From assembly GCA_963803435.1 (NCBI GenBank), contig CAWDML010000009.1, positions 1,568,001 through 1,632,000 on the forward strand: DNA of 64,000 bases, written 5' to 3'. A program made the position numbers and the translations under genes. The notes beneath the pieces were generated by a model that was given only the letters and a program-made list of their open reading frames with translations, did no database searches and was not told the origin of the DNA. The stretch comes from an uncultured delta proteobacterium (GTDB taxonomy: Bacteria > Myxococcota > Kuafuiibacteriia > Kuafuiibacteriales > Kuafuiibacteriaceae). Of the stretch, positions 28,436 to 37,771 are shown piece after piece; within the stretch, counting starts at the first letter, position 1; every line of letters begins with the position of its first letter.

Positions 28436-31400
28436 TCAGCGTTCGCCGAGCAGCGTGAGGACCGAGAACGGCGTGTACGACACCTCGCCCGCGGAGGCGC
28501 GCTGCTCCTCGAGGAGGTCGGTCCTCGACCATCGATCGATGGCGAGCTCTCCCCCGAGCTCGACCACGCCCCGCCCACCGTGGCTCTCGTACAGGCGGAG
28601 GATCAGCGCGTCCGAGTCCTCGTGCTTCTTGAGCGCCGACAATCGGAGTGAGCCGCTCGACATGGTCAGGAAGCGCCGCGACGACGGCCAGGCGCCGTCC
28701 GGCTCCACCGACACGGCCAGGAGCGGCGCGTTCAGATCGTGCGCCTCCCGCACCGTGCCCTGACGCCAGTCACCGGCGTGCGGGTGGAGCGCGTAGGTGA
28801 ACTCGTGTCCACCCTCGTCCGCGAACGGATCGGGATAGATCGGCGAGCGGAGCAGCGTGATGCCGAGCGTGCCGCCCAAGGCGCTGTGCCCGTACTTTCC
28901 GTCGTTGAGCAGCGCGGCACCGTAGCCCGCCTCCGACAGATCTGCGAACCGATGCGCGGGTACCTCGAACCGCGCCGCGTCGTGCGGAAGATTTCGATGC
29001 GTCGGCCGCGCCACCGCGCCGAACGCGGTCTCGAACCAGGCCTCGTGGCTCCGGATCGCCAGCGGAAAGATCGCACGCAGAAGCGTGCGCCGACCCGTCC
29101 ATTCGATCTCGGTGTGGATCTCCAGCCGCTCGCCGCCGGCCGCGAGGCGGTACTGCTGGCGGAGCGTGGAGGCGCCCGCACGGCGCACGACCTCGACCAC
29201 CCCGAGCGCGGGCCCTGACGCGACCACCGACGGCGGAGCCGAGGCCAGGATCTCCCGCCCCTCCTCCTGATACGTCGCGTCGATGTCCCACGCGTCGTAG
29301 TTCCGGGGGACGTCGGGGTGGCTCCAGATCTGGTTCGCACGGTCGGCGAGCACCTCACGACCGGCGCGCTTGTCGAACACCGAGGCGATGGTCCCGTCGT
29401 CCGCGATCCGGATCCGGAACCGCTCGTTCTCGAGCAGATCGCTGGCGACCGTCAGCTCCCGCGATGCCGTCGTCCGCCCCGCCCGCGGCTCCACCGCGAG
29501 CGCCAGGTAGCCGAGCCCTGGCACGGCGAGCTCGGAGGCCACGTAGATGCCGTCCCCGTCGGGCTGCCAGGGCACCTCGGTCTCGTCCGGCCCGATCAGC
29601 GCGAAGTCTCCCTTCGTGGGCCGACGCAGGGTCCCGCGGAGCGGCCGATCCTCGAGCGTGAGGTTGAAGACCACCAGCGCCCGCTTCGAGGCGACCCGCG
29701 CCCGCCGCGCCAGCGCCTCCAGGTGTTCGCACCGCAGGTGCTGGGCCGCGGTCAGCGCTCCGGTCAGCTGCTCGCGCGCCTCCTGCGCCGCCGAGTGAAT
29801 GCTCGAGCCCGGCAGCACGTCGTGGAACTGGTTGCGGAGCAGCGTGATCCAGCCGCTCTTCAGCGCGTCGGCCGGATAGGCCCGACCGAGGAGGACGAAC
29901 GACAGCGCGGCCGCCGCCTCCGCCTCGGCCAGCGTGCAGGTCAACCTGCGGTCGAGCTGCTTGAGCGCGGCTTGGGTGGTGTACGTGCCCCGGTGATATT
30001 CGAGGTATTGCTCGCCGGCCCAGACCGGCAGCGCCAGCGACTCCATCTTGGCGAAGTGCGCGTCGATGCGGCCGTGGACCAGCTCGGGCAGCCCGGGAAA
30101 GCGGCGCATCCTCTTGGCCTGTTCCAGCATCTCCGGCGCCGGACCGCCCCCGCCGTCGCCATGCCCGAACGTGAAGATCGAGCGTCCGAAGTGGCGCTTG
30201 CCGCGGAAGCTCCGCCAGGCCTCGAGCGTCCGCACCGGCTCGATCACGCCGTTGTACCCCGCCTCCGTCTTGAGCATCATCGACAGCACCTCGGATCCGT
30301 CGATCCCCTGCCAGCGATAGAGCTCGAACGGAAACCGCGTGGTCTCGTTCCAGCCCAGCTTGGTGGTGAAGAAGTACTGCAAGCCACCTTGCAAGAGCAG
30401 CTGCGGTAGGTTCGCCGGGTACCCGAACGTATCCGGGAACCAGGACACGACCGCACGCCTCCCCAGCTTCTCCGAGAACCATCGCTGCCCGTACAGGAGC
30501 TGGCGCACCCAGGCCTCGCCGCCAGGCATGTTGCCGTCGGCTTCGACCCACATCCCGCCGACGATCTCCCAGCGCCCCTCGTCGACGCGCCGCCGGATGC
30601 GCTCGAACAGATCCGGATCATCCTCCTCGATCCACGCGTAGAGCTGCGCGCTCGACTGGTTGAAGTAGAGCTCCGGATCGCGATCCATCAGCTCGAGCAC
30701 GGTCGCGAAGGTCCGGCGCGCCTTCCGCCGCGTCTCCGCATACGGCCACAGCCAGGCCAGATCGATGTGCGCGTGTCCCGACAGCAAGAGCGAGCCCTCG
30801 GCGGGATAGTCGGCGCGGATCTCGTCGATCCGCCGCGCCAGCTGCTCCCGGGCGGCCCGCACCCGCATGCGCGCCTCCTCGCCCAGCTCGGCCATCGGCC
30901 CGCCGAAGCGCCAGCGCTCCCAGAGCCCTCGCTCCAGCGTGCTCGCGGGCGAGTCTCCCTGATCCGCCACCGCCGATCGCCGCGCGCCATACGCGAGCCG
31001 CGCGAGATACGGCTCCGTCCGCTCCCGAGGCAGCGGCACCATCGCCAGCGCCTCGCTCGCCGCCTCCGCCAGCCGCACCGCCAGGTCGCTACGCGAGAAG
31101 CGATGGAGCGCCCGCACTGCCCCGATCGTCGTCTCCAGATCGAACGCGAGACCGCGCACGTCCTCATCGGGCGCGATCAGCGACGCCTCGCGCAACACCG
31201 GCCGCTCCACCGGCGACCCGAACAACAGATGTGGCACCGCCTCCACGTCGAGCACCAGCGCACGCCCTCTGGCCCCCGCCTCGAACAGCCGCACCTCCCG
31301 GTGATACGGGTTGAGCCCGGCGTGCGCCCGCCCGTCGACCATCAGCAGCGCCTCACCCCCGACATCCAGCGCCACGTTCACCGGCCCATCCCCGAGCGCG

Positions 31401-31606
31401 TCCGGCACCACCCCGCGATGCCTGAACCGCACCACCTCCGCCCGCTCCGGCCACGCCGCCCCCACCGCGATCGGCTGCCACCGCGCGCCCCCGACCGAGA
31501 ACTCCATGGCGAGCGGCACCTGCGCGCGATCCACGAACGCGGACAGCTCCGACCAGCGCTCCTGCAAGCGCCCGAGCGTCATCTCCAGGCTGACGGCGTG
31601 CTCCAC
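28436..31606 (-). CDS. Alpha-mannosidase, glycoside hydrolase family 38
   Basis: GHAHIDLAWLWP, VGGMWVEAD, PDTFGY, GHGDGGGGP, YLEYHRGTYT, NQFHDVLPGSSI, LLNDGKYG. Confidence 0.95.
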   Translation of the reverse strand: MEHAVSLEMTLGRLQERWSELSAFVDRAQVPLAMEFSVGGARWQPIAVGAAWPERAEVVRFRHRGVVPDALGDGPVNVALDVGGEALLMVDGRAHAGLNPYHREVRLFEAGARGRALVLDVEAVPHLLFGSPVERPVLREASLIAPDEDVRGLAFDLETTIGAVRALHRFSRSDLAVRLAEAASEALAMVPLPRERTEPYLARLAYGARRSAVADQGDSPASTLERGLWERWRFGGPMAELGEEARMRVRAAREQLARRIDEIRADYPAEGSLLLSGHAHIDLAWLWPYAETRRKARRTFATVLELMDRDPELYFNQSSAQLYAWIEEDDPDLFERIRRRVDEGRWEIVGGMWVEADGNMPGGEAWVRQLLYGQRWFSEKLGRRAVVSWFPDTFGYPANLPQLLLQGGLQYFFTTKLGWNETTRFPFELYRWQGIDGSEVLSMMLKTEAGYNGVIEPVRTLEAWRSFRGKRHFGRSIFTFGHGDGGGGPAPEMLEQAKRMRRFPGLPELVHGRIDAHFAKMESLALPVWAGEQYLEYHRGTYTTQAALKQLDRRLTCTLAEAEAAAALSFVLLGRAYPADALKSGWITLLRNQFHDVLPGSSIHSAAQEAREQLTGALTAAQHLRCEHLEALARRARVASKRALVVFNLTLEDRPLRGTLRRPTKGDFALIGPDETEVPWQPDGDGIYVASELAVPGLGYLALAVEPRAGRTTASRELTVASDLLENERFRIRIADDGTIASVFDKRAGREVLADRANQIWSHPDVPRNYDAWDIDATYQEEGREILASAPPSVVASGPALGVVEVVRRAGASTLRQQYRLAAGGERLEIHTEIEWTGRRTLLRAIFPLAIRSHEAWFETAFGAVARPTHRNLPHDAARFEVPAHRFADLSEAGYGAALLNDGKYGHSALGGTLGITLLRSPIYPDPFADEGGHEFTYALHPHAGDWRQGTVREAHDLNAPLLAVSVEPDGAWPSSRRFLTMSSGSLRLSALKKHEDSDALILRLYESHGGRGVVELGGELAIDRWSRTDLLEEQRASAGEVSYTPFSVLTLLGER

Positions 31607-31685
31607 GGCCCGAGTAGACCCAATCGGCGGGTTTTGTGCTTTCCTCGGACCGACCGAGTTGCTAGCGTGCCCCGCTCACGCGCAC

Positions 31686-31759
31686 GCACCCATAGCTCAA
31701 TTGGATAGAGTATCGGACTTCGAATCCGAGGGTTGCAGGTTCAAGTCCTGCTGGGTGCG
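31686..31759 (+). tRNA. tRNA-Arg (anticodon TCG), CCA not encoded
   Basis: Acceptor GCACCCA/TGGGTGC, D arm TAGCTCAATTGGATAGAGT, anticodon stem TCGGA-CTTCGAA-TCCGA, T arm GCAGG-TTCAAGT-CCTGC. Confidence 0.95.
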
Positions 31760-31812
31760 CTCCCTTCGACGCCTGTGGACGCTCGAGCCCATCGGCCCTA
31801 TGACGGCGGTCG

Positions 31813-34494
31813 ATGGAGCTGTTTCTGCGCCTCCTCGCCTCGCGGGGGCTCGACCTCGATCGCGGGCGGGAGCGCGCCGTGCGGTGGGCGGAGGCGACGC
31901 ACGCCATCGGCGATCTCGAGGTGGACCTGTTCGCGCGGGCCTGGAAGCTGGCGGGTGCGCTCGAGGCGGGGCGGCCGTCGCTCCATCACCTCGCCGAGCA
32001 CGCGGTCGCGCACCGGCGGGCGCTCGACGGCGAGCGCGCGTCGTACGAGCTCGGGCGGCTCGAGCTGTGCTTGGAGGCGCTCGAGCACCTCGAGGACGAC
32101 GCGATCGCGGATCGCATCTCCCAGGACACGCTGACGCTGCGAGCGGTGCTGGAGACGTTCCGCGACGACCCCTCCACCTCGCTGGTCCGCCGGCTGCGCC
32201 GTCTCTTTCCCGAGCCGCGGGCGCTGGCGCGTCCGGTGCCGCGGCATCAGACGGTGGAGCACGAGGCGAGCCCGGATCCGTCGCACGCGCTCCCGCTGCT
32301 CGATCATCTGGCGGATCGATGTCTGGGGCGCAAGCTGGCCGGGCTCGAGTCGAACCGGCTGGTCGAGTTCCAGAAGGATACGGCCCTCGGTAAGGGGGCG
32401 TTCGCGGTGACCGCCGGCGTGCTCGACCGGGTACGGACGGCGGGGCTGCTCCCTCCCATCCGCATCGCGATGGCGTTTCTCGACTTCGCCAAGGGCGGCA
32501 CGGAGGAGCAGCGCGATCAGTGGCGTGCAGCCGGCGCCGATCTCTCCATTCACAACCTGGCGGCGCGGCGGATCATCGAGGCGTCCGGCGGTCTGGGGCG
32601 CTTTCCGGCGCTCCTGCGTGCGCCCGTGTTGGAGGCGCTGGCGCTGGCGCTGATCGAGACCCACGGGCTCGCCGGACAGGCCGTCCGCGGCGAGACACCG
32701 CTGGCGCTGTTTGCGCCGTTCGTCGCCTTTCTCAGGGACAAGTCCGCCGCGCTGGGGGAGCACATCCGCACCGATCCGGAGACCGCAAGACGGCTTGCAG
32801 TCGACTGCCTGCATCTGATCGACGTCTGCGACACGGCAGCGGTGCGCGAGGGTCTCCTCGACGATTCGCTCCATCGCGAGCTCGTCGCCGTCGAAGAGGA
32901 GGTCCTGGCGGCCGCGGGTGCGCGCACGATCGATCCGATCGCGGCGCTGGTGGAGCGCGAGACGTCGCGCTGGCGCGAGCGGCTCCCGGGTGGCTCGCCG
33001 GAGACCGTGGCCCGGGCGCGCTTGATCGATCGGCTGGCGCGCCTGCGAGGGCGTCGCGACGCGCACCTGGAGGCGGTCGCCGAGGTGATCGATCCCTTGC
33101 CCCGCGAGGTCGTGCTGCGGCTCGCCGATCTCCTCCGGATGTGCCAGCTCTGGTACGTCGGCGCGGCCACCGACGGGCTCTCCAGCCGGACCCAGCTGGT
33201 GCTCCTGGCCCTCGGTTTGACGGCCGCCGAGGGCTCGCCCGCGATCGACACCGGGGCGCCGTTTCACCTCAGCCTGCAACCGCTCCTGGGCCGGCTCGGC
33301 GCCACCGGCGAGCGTTCGGTGGTCTATCGCCGGCGGCTCCTCGAGACCGCGCTGGCGCCGGTGGGCGTGGAAGAGGTCCTCGAGGGGCGTGCCTCCTCGC
33401 TCCTGGCGGGCACGGGCGGCGAGCGTCCCGTCATGATGCTGGTGACCGAGATCGGTCGCGCCTCGGCCATCGCGATCGACTCCGAGGAGAGCGAGGAGGC
33501 CCGCGCGCTGCTCACGCTCCTCCCCATCTACGAGCGGAAGTCGAACGCCGCCTTCCACGGCACACTCAAGACGCTCTGTGACCTCTACGGCCTCCGGAAG
33601 GACGAGTTCGACCGTGTGGCCAACGAGGCGATGTACCTCGAGACGATGAACAGCGCCCGCTCGGACAAGGCGCGCATGCTCGACTTCGTGCGGCCGGGGC
33701 GCATCGTCGAGATCGGTCCGGGAGGCGGCGTGGTCCTCGATCTCTTGGCCGAGCGCTTCCCCACCTCCGAGATCATCGGCGTCGACGCCAGCCGCATGGT
33801 GGTCGAGGCGCTGTCGGCGAGACGGACCAAGGAGCAGCGGCGGTGGAGCATCGAGGAGGCCGACGCGTACCGCCTGGGCGAGATGTTCGAGGAGGGGACG
33901 CTCGACACGGTGGTGCTGTGCAGCCTCCTCCACGAGATCTACAGCTACGTCGAACGGGACGGCCGGCGCTTTCGTCTCGAGTCGGTCCGCGATCTGCTGC
34001 GCGTGGCCTTCCGCGCGCTCGGCCCCGGGGGTCGAATCGTGATCCGCGACGGCGTGATGCCGCCGCCCGCGGAGCGGATCCTCCGCTTCCTCGCCCCCGA
34101 CGCGCGACCGTTCTTCGACCTCTTCGTCGAGCAGTTCGACGGGCGGCCGATCACCTTCGAGCCCATCGACGCGGACCGCGTGCGCCTCTCGGCCGCGGAC
34201 GCCATGGAGTTCCTCTACACCTATACCTGGGGGCCCGAGAGCTTCCCGTACGAGGTCCGGGAGCAATACGGCGTCCTTGCCTACGACGGCTACGTGGAGG
34301 CGATCGCCGGATGGCTCGGAGCCGACGCGCGCATCCTGCCACTCCCGGCCGGGTACCAGAGCTACCTCCAGCCGGGCTACCGCGCCGGCCTCGCGGGCAA
34401 GATCGAGCTCTTCGACACGCGCGGGCTGGCCGTCGAGCTGCCCGACTCCAACTGCTTGATCGTGGTCGAACGGCTCGCGTCTGGTCGCACCTGA
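31813..34494 (+). CDS. Large class I SAM-dependent methyltransferase with a long N-terminal helical, HD-like region
   Basis: C-terminal IVEIGPGGG, IIGVDAS, ADAY, SLLHEIYSY, LGPGGRIVIRD. Confidence 0.8.
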   Translation: MELFLRLLASRGLDLDRGRERAVRWAEATHAIGDLEVDLFARAWKLAGALEAGRPSLHHLAEHAVAHRRALDGERASYELGRLELCLEALEHLEDDAIADRISQDTLTLRAVLETFRDDPSTSLVRRLRRLFPEPRALARPVPRHQTVEHEASPDPSHALPLLDHLADRCLGRKLAGLESNRLVEFQKDTALGKGAFAVTAGVLDRVRTAGLLPPIRIAMAFLDFAKGGTEEQRDQWRAAGADLSIHNLAARRIIEASGGLGRFPALLRAPVLEALALALIETHGLAGQAVRGETPLALFAPFVAFLRDKSAALGEHIRTDPETARRLAVDCLHLIDVCDTAAVREGLLDDSLHRELVAVEEEVLAAAGARTIDPIAALVERETSRWRERLPGGSPETVARARLIDRLARLRGRRDAHLEAVAEVIDPLPREVVLRLADLLRMCQLWYVGAATDGLSSRTQLVLLALGLTAAEGSPAIDTGAPFHLSLQPLLGRLGATGERSVVYRRRLLETALAPVGVEEVLEGRASSLLAGTGGERPVMMLVTEIGRASAIAIDSEESEEARALLTLLPIYERKSNAAFHGTLKTLCDLYGLRKDEFDRVANEAMYLETMNSARSDKARMLDFVRPGRIVEIGPGGGVVLDLLAERFPTSEIIGVDASRMVVEALSARRTKEQRRWSIEEADAYRLGEMFEEGTLDTVVLCSLLHEIYSYVERDGRRFRLESVRDLLRVAFRALGPGGRIVIRDGVMPPPAERILRFLAPDARPFFDLFVEQFDGRPITFEPIDADRVRLSAADAMEFLYTYTWGPESFPYEVREQYGVLAYDGYVEAIAGWLGADARILPLPAGYQSYLQPGYRAGLAGKIELFDTRGLAVELPDSNCLIVVERLASGRT

Positions 34495-34507
34495 ACCTCC
34501 CCACTTC

Positions 34508-34625
34508 GGGAGACACGATCCGATTCGAGTGTCACTACGACAATCGAGAGGACGCGCCGCAGGATGTGGACCGTCGGTCCAAGACGAGATGTGTTTCGTC
34601 TTCGGCGATGTCTCTCCCAAGGTCG
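34508..34625 (+). pseudogene. Remnant of a copper type II ascorbate-dependent monooxygenase-like C-terminus
   Basis: GDTIRFECHYDN followed after a frameshift by GPSVQDEMCFVFG; no upstream gene body. Confidence 0.6.
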
Positions 34626-34752
34626 GTCTGATTCCTGGCATCCGATTGAGGGAATGTGCGCCAGCGTACGTCCTTGGGTGTTGCCTCGCACTTTGCAGCG
34701 CTGACCTTCGGTTTGCGACAGTGAGGAGCGCGCGGTAAGCACCGCATGCGGC

Positions 34753-36177
34753 GTGTTGAAACCGGTCGAAAGCGCACCGATTCACTCGGTGGAAGATCTC
34801 GTCGGCCGGCGTCTCGCCGAGCGATACGTGCTCGAGAACGTCGTGGGCCGCGGCGGCATGAGCGTCGTCTTCCGCGGCCAGGACACCAACCTCCGCAGGC
34901 CGGTGGCAGTGAAGGTTTTCTCCGATGTCTTCGGGGGCAACGCGAAGAAGCTGACGTATCGGCACTTCGTCCAGGAGGCCTTCGCGCTCTCGCGGCTCCA
35001 GCACCCGAATACGCTGCGCATCTACGACTTCGGGATCATCGATCATCCCGACCTCGAGGCGCCCTTTCAGGTCTCTGAGCTCCTCGACGGCGGCACGCTG
35101 CGGGAGTTCATCAAGCGCAAGGGCGCTCAGACGCCGGAGGACGCCCTCTACATCCTCGACGGGATCTGCGGCGCGCTGTCGGAGGCGCACAACCTCAGCA
35201 TCATCCACCGGGATGTCAAACCTACGAACATCTTGTTCGGGCGGGCGGGGACGCAGCGGATCGTGAAGCTCTCCGACTTCTCGGTGGCGCAGAGCGCGTG
35301 TGAGGCCGCGGGTCGCGCGCTCGGCGACGACACGCTCGTCACCCAGGCGTCGTTCTACTCGCTCGGGTGGTCCGCACCGGAGCAGATCCGCGGCGAGCGC
35401 GTCGACGTCACCGCCGACGTCTATGGCCTCGGCCTCGTGCTCGGATATCTCCTCACCGGGGAGCGTCTCCAGCGCCAGCGTGAGGTGACCGACTTCTACC
35501 TGGAGCCCGCCCGGCTCGACACGTCGATCGACGAGGCGCTCGCCGACTCCGAGCTCCACCCGATGTTCGCGGAGGTCGTCCGCACCGCCTGCCGCGCGCG
35601 CCGGGACGATCGCTTTCAGAGCGTGGAGTCCTTCTTCGCCAGCCTCCAGAAGGCCGTTCGGGAGCAAAGGGAGGAGCCCTCGCCCTGGATGGAGGCTTCA
35701 CCGGTCCCCCGCACGGTGGCTGAGAGCGCCGCCAAGAAGACGCTCCTGGTCCTCGACGACATCAGCAAGTCCAACGTGGTGCTCGCCGGCCGCCGATTCC
35801 GCCTGTTCCAGATGACGGGCGCGCTCGACCACGCCATCGAGGAGCGCTTCTCCAAGGTGGTCCGGCTCCGGCTCACCTTTCTGCCCAGCGAAGGGGCGAC
35901 CCGCCTCCACCTGCGTGGGCTCAACTGCTTCGTGCGCAAGCCCGGCGGCGCCATGACCGCCGGGCTCGAGTTCTCCGCCGACGGGAGCGTCGAGCTGGTC
36001 TCGACCGATCGCGCCAGCATCGCATGCGCCCAGGTGCGCGTAGCGGAGCGCGGAGAGACGCACTGGATGCTCGCGCTCGGTGACCATCGCGTCGCCATTC
36101 CCATCGAGCGCGCCAGCGCCGTCGCATGTCTGGAGATCGTCCCCGGCGGCGAGGCGCACCTTTTCTTCCGTCCCTGA
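34753..36177 (+). CDS. Ser/Thr protein kinase with unknown C-terminal beta-rich domain
   Basis: GRGGMS, VAVK, HRDVKPTN, KLSDFS, WSAPEQ, ADVYGLG. Confidence 0.88.
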   Translation: MLKPVESAPIHSVEDLVGRRLAERYVLENVVGRGGMSVVFRGQDTNLRRPVAVKVFSDVFGGNAKKLTYRHFVQEAFALSRLQHPNTLRIYDFGIIDHPDLEAPFQVSELLDGGTLREFIKRKGAQTPEDALYILDGICGALSEAHNLSIIHRDVKPTNILFGRAGTQRIVKLSDFSVAQSACEAAGRALGDDTLVTQASFYSLGWSAPEQIRGERVDVTADVYGLGLVLGYLLTGERLQRQREVTDFYLEPARLDTSIDEALADSELHPMFAEVVRTACRARRDDRFQSVESFFASLQKAVREQREEPSPWMEASPVPRTVAESAAKKTLLVLDDISKSNVVLAGRRFRLFQMTGALDHAIEERFSKVVRLRLTFLPSEGATRLHLRGLNCFVRKPGGAMTAGLEFSADGSVELVSTDRASIACAQVRVAERGETHWMLALGDHRVAIPIERASAVACLEIVPGGEAHLFFRP

Positions 36178-36190
36178 GAGGAGATGTCTG

Positions 36191-37771
36191 ATGCCCGGTC
36201 CGAACAACTTCACACCGCGCGCCGAGACGACCCGCATCACGCCTACGTCGTCGGTCCGTCCGTCCGCTCACATCTCGCGCTCGCGCGCCTACTCGTTCGT
36301 GCTCGACGAGCGCGGTGAGCCCATCGAGCTCGGCTCGGGCCGCTTCGCCAAGGCGTACCTCGGCGAGGAGGGCTGGCTCGAGTCGAAGACCGCGTTCCGC
36401 CGGCGACGTCGCGATCAAGATCCTGCAGAAGGGCGTCACCCACGAGGACGCGCTGCGCTTCCAGATGGAGAAGGAGCTCCTCGAGCGCGTCCAGGGCCAC
36501 CCCAACATCATCACGCTGTTCGCCTCCGGGCGAGGGCGACAACCCCGAGTTCATCCCGCCGCGCGATGCGCGACAAGGTCGAGAACGACTTCATGATCCT
36601 CGAGCTGTGCGACATGTCGCTCGAGGAGCGGCTCAAGGGCTCGCGCAGGTCCGCACGCCCGCGACGATCTGCTCTGCGCTGCCCGCATGCGCGAGCGGCA
36701 TCTTCCGCGTGCTCGACTACATGCATCCCGGTGGCGACGGCGGTCGAGTACGCCCACCTCGTCCGCAACATCTGCCACCGCGACATCAAGCCGGCGAACG
36801 TGCTGCTGAAGCTGCCCGATCGGAACCTCTGCGGGCTCGACGCTCGACGTGCGCCTCGCCGACTTCAACGTCGGCAAGGTCCGCGACGACGACGGTCGAT
36901 CTGTCGCTGACGCGGCTCCAGAGCGTGCCCGGCACGCTCTTCTTCCAGACGCCCGAGCAGGAGACCAACACGTTCGAGCTGCTCGTCAACGTGCAGCGCG
37001 GCTCGCACGAGGTCGAGTACTTCGAGGACTTCTACATCGACATCTGCCAGAACGACACGTTCCAGCTGTTCAACCGCCCCGAGCGCTACCCGATCGCCGG
37101 CGCCGATCGCGCCAAGAAGAAGCTGCTCCTCGAGAAGCCCTTCGAGGAGGCCAGCCGAGAGCAACGTGCGCGGCAAGGTCATCAAGAGCGTCGATCGCCC
37201 GGCCGACATCTACTCGCTCGGCGCGCATGTTCTACTACCTGATCTCCGGCGCCTACGCGAACCCCAAGACGCTCTACGACGCGTTCCGCAAGTTCATCGA
37301 GTACGACGCGCGACGACGAGCAGAACACCATCGACGCGTACATCGAGCACGAGTACTCGGTGATCCAGAGTCATGCGCGCGCCCAAGGTCGAGGAAGGCG
37401 GCACCAAGGAGGTCGCGCCGGCGGACCGCTTCTTCACCTACAAGCACTACCTCGACGGCAACGGCGAGCTGATCGACAAGGAGATCATGAAGATCATCGC
37501 CCAGGCGATGATCCGCAACAAGCCGGACAGCTACTGCCAGGCGTGGGACGTCGACACCACCGGCATCAGCGAGCTCGTAGCCGCGCTCCGCTTCATGTAC
37601 GACTACTACGGCGTCAACCCGGCGGCCCGGCACCAGTACTTCAGCCGGTTCGCGCCTCGCCGCACGCCCCGCGAGAACAGCCTCTCCAAGGCGTTCAGCA
37701 AGCTCTTCGGAAGCTCCTCCCGCAACGGTAAGCCGAGCGGCAAGAAGCCGCCGCCTCGCAACCGCTCCTAG
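36191..37771 (+). CDS. Atypical Ser/Thr kinase broken by about ten frameshifts (probable sequence errors)
   Basis: Ordered fragments across frames: LGSGRFAKAY, VAIK, HPNII, HRDIKPANVLL, LADFN, GTLFFQTPEQ, ADIYSLG. Confidence 0.8.

Noticed and set aside
31798-35667. 1289-aa antisense ORF and other long shadow ORFs (e.g. 15301..17739, 38427..40181, 40536..42428, 60142..62076)
   Set aside because: Reverse-frame artefacts of high-GC codon bias opposite well-supported genes; no recognisable motifs
31686-36177. Integrated island or prophage at tRNA-Arg
   Set aside because: No integrase nearby and no duplicated tRNA 3' end seen in the window
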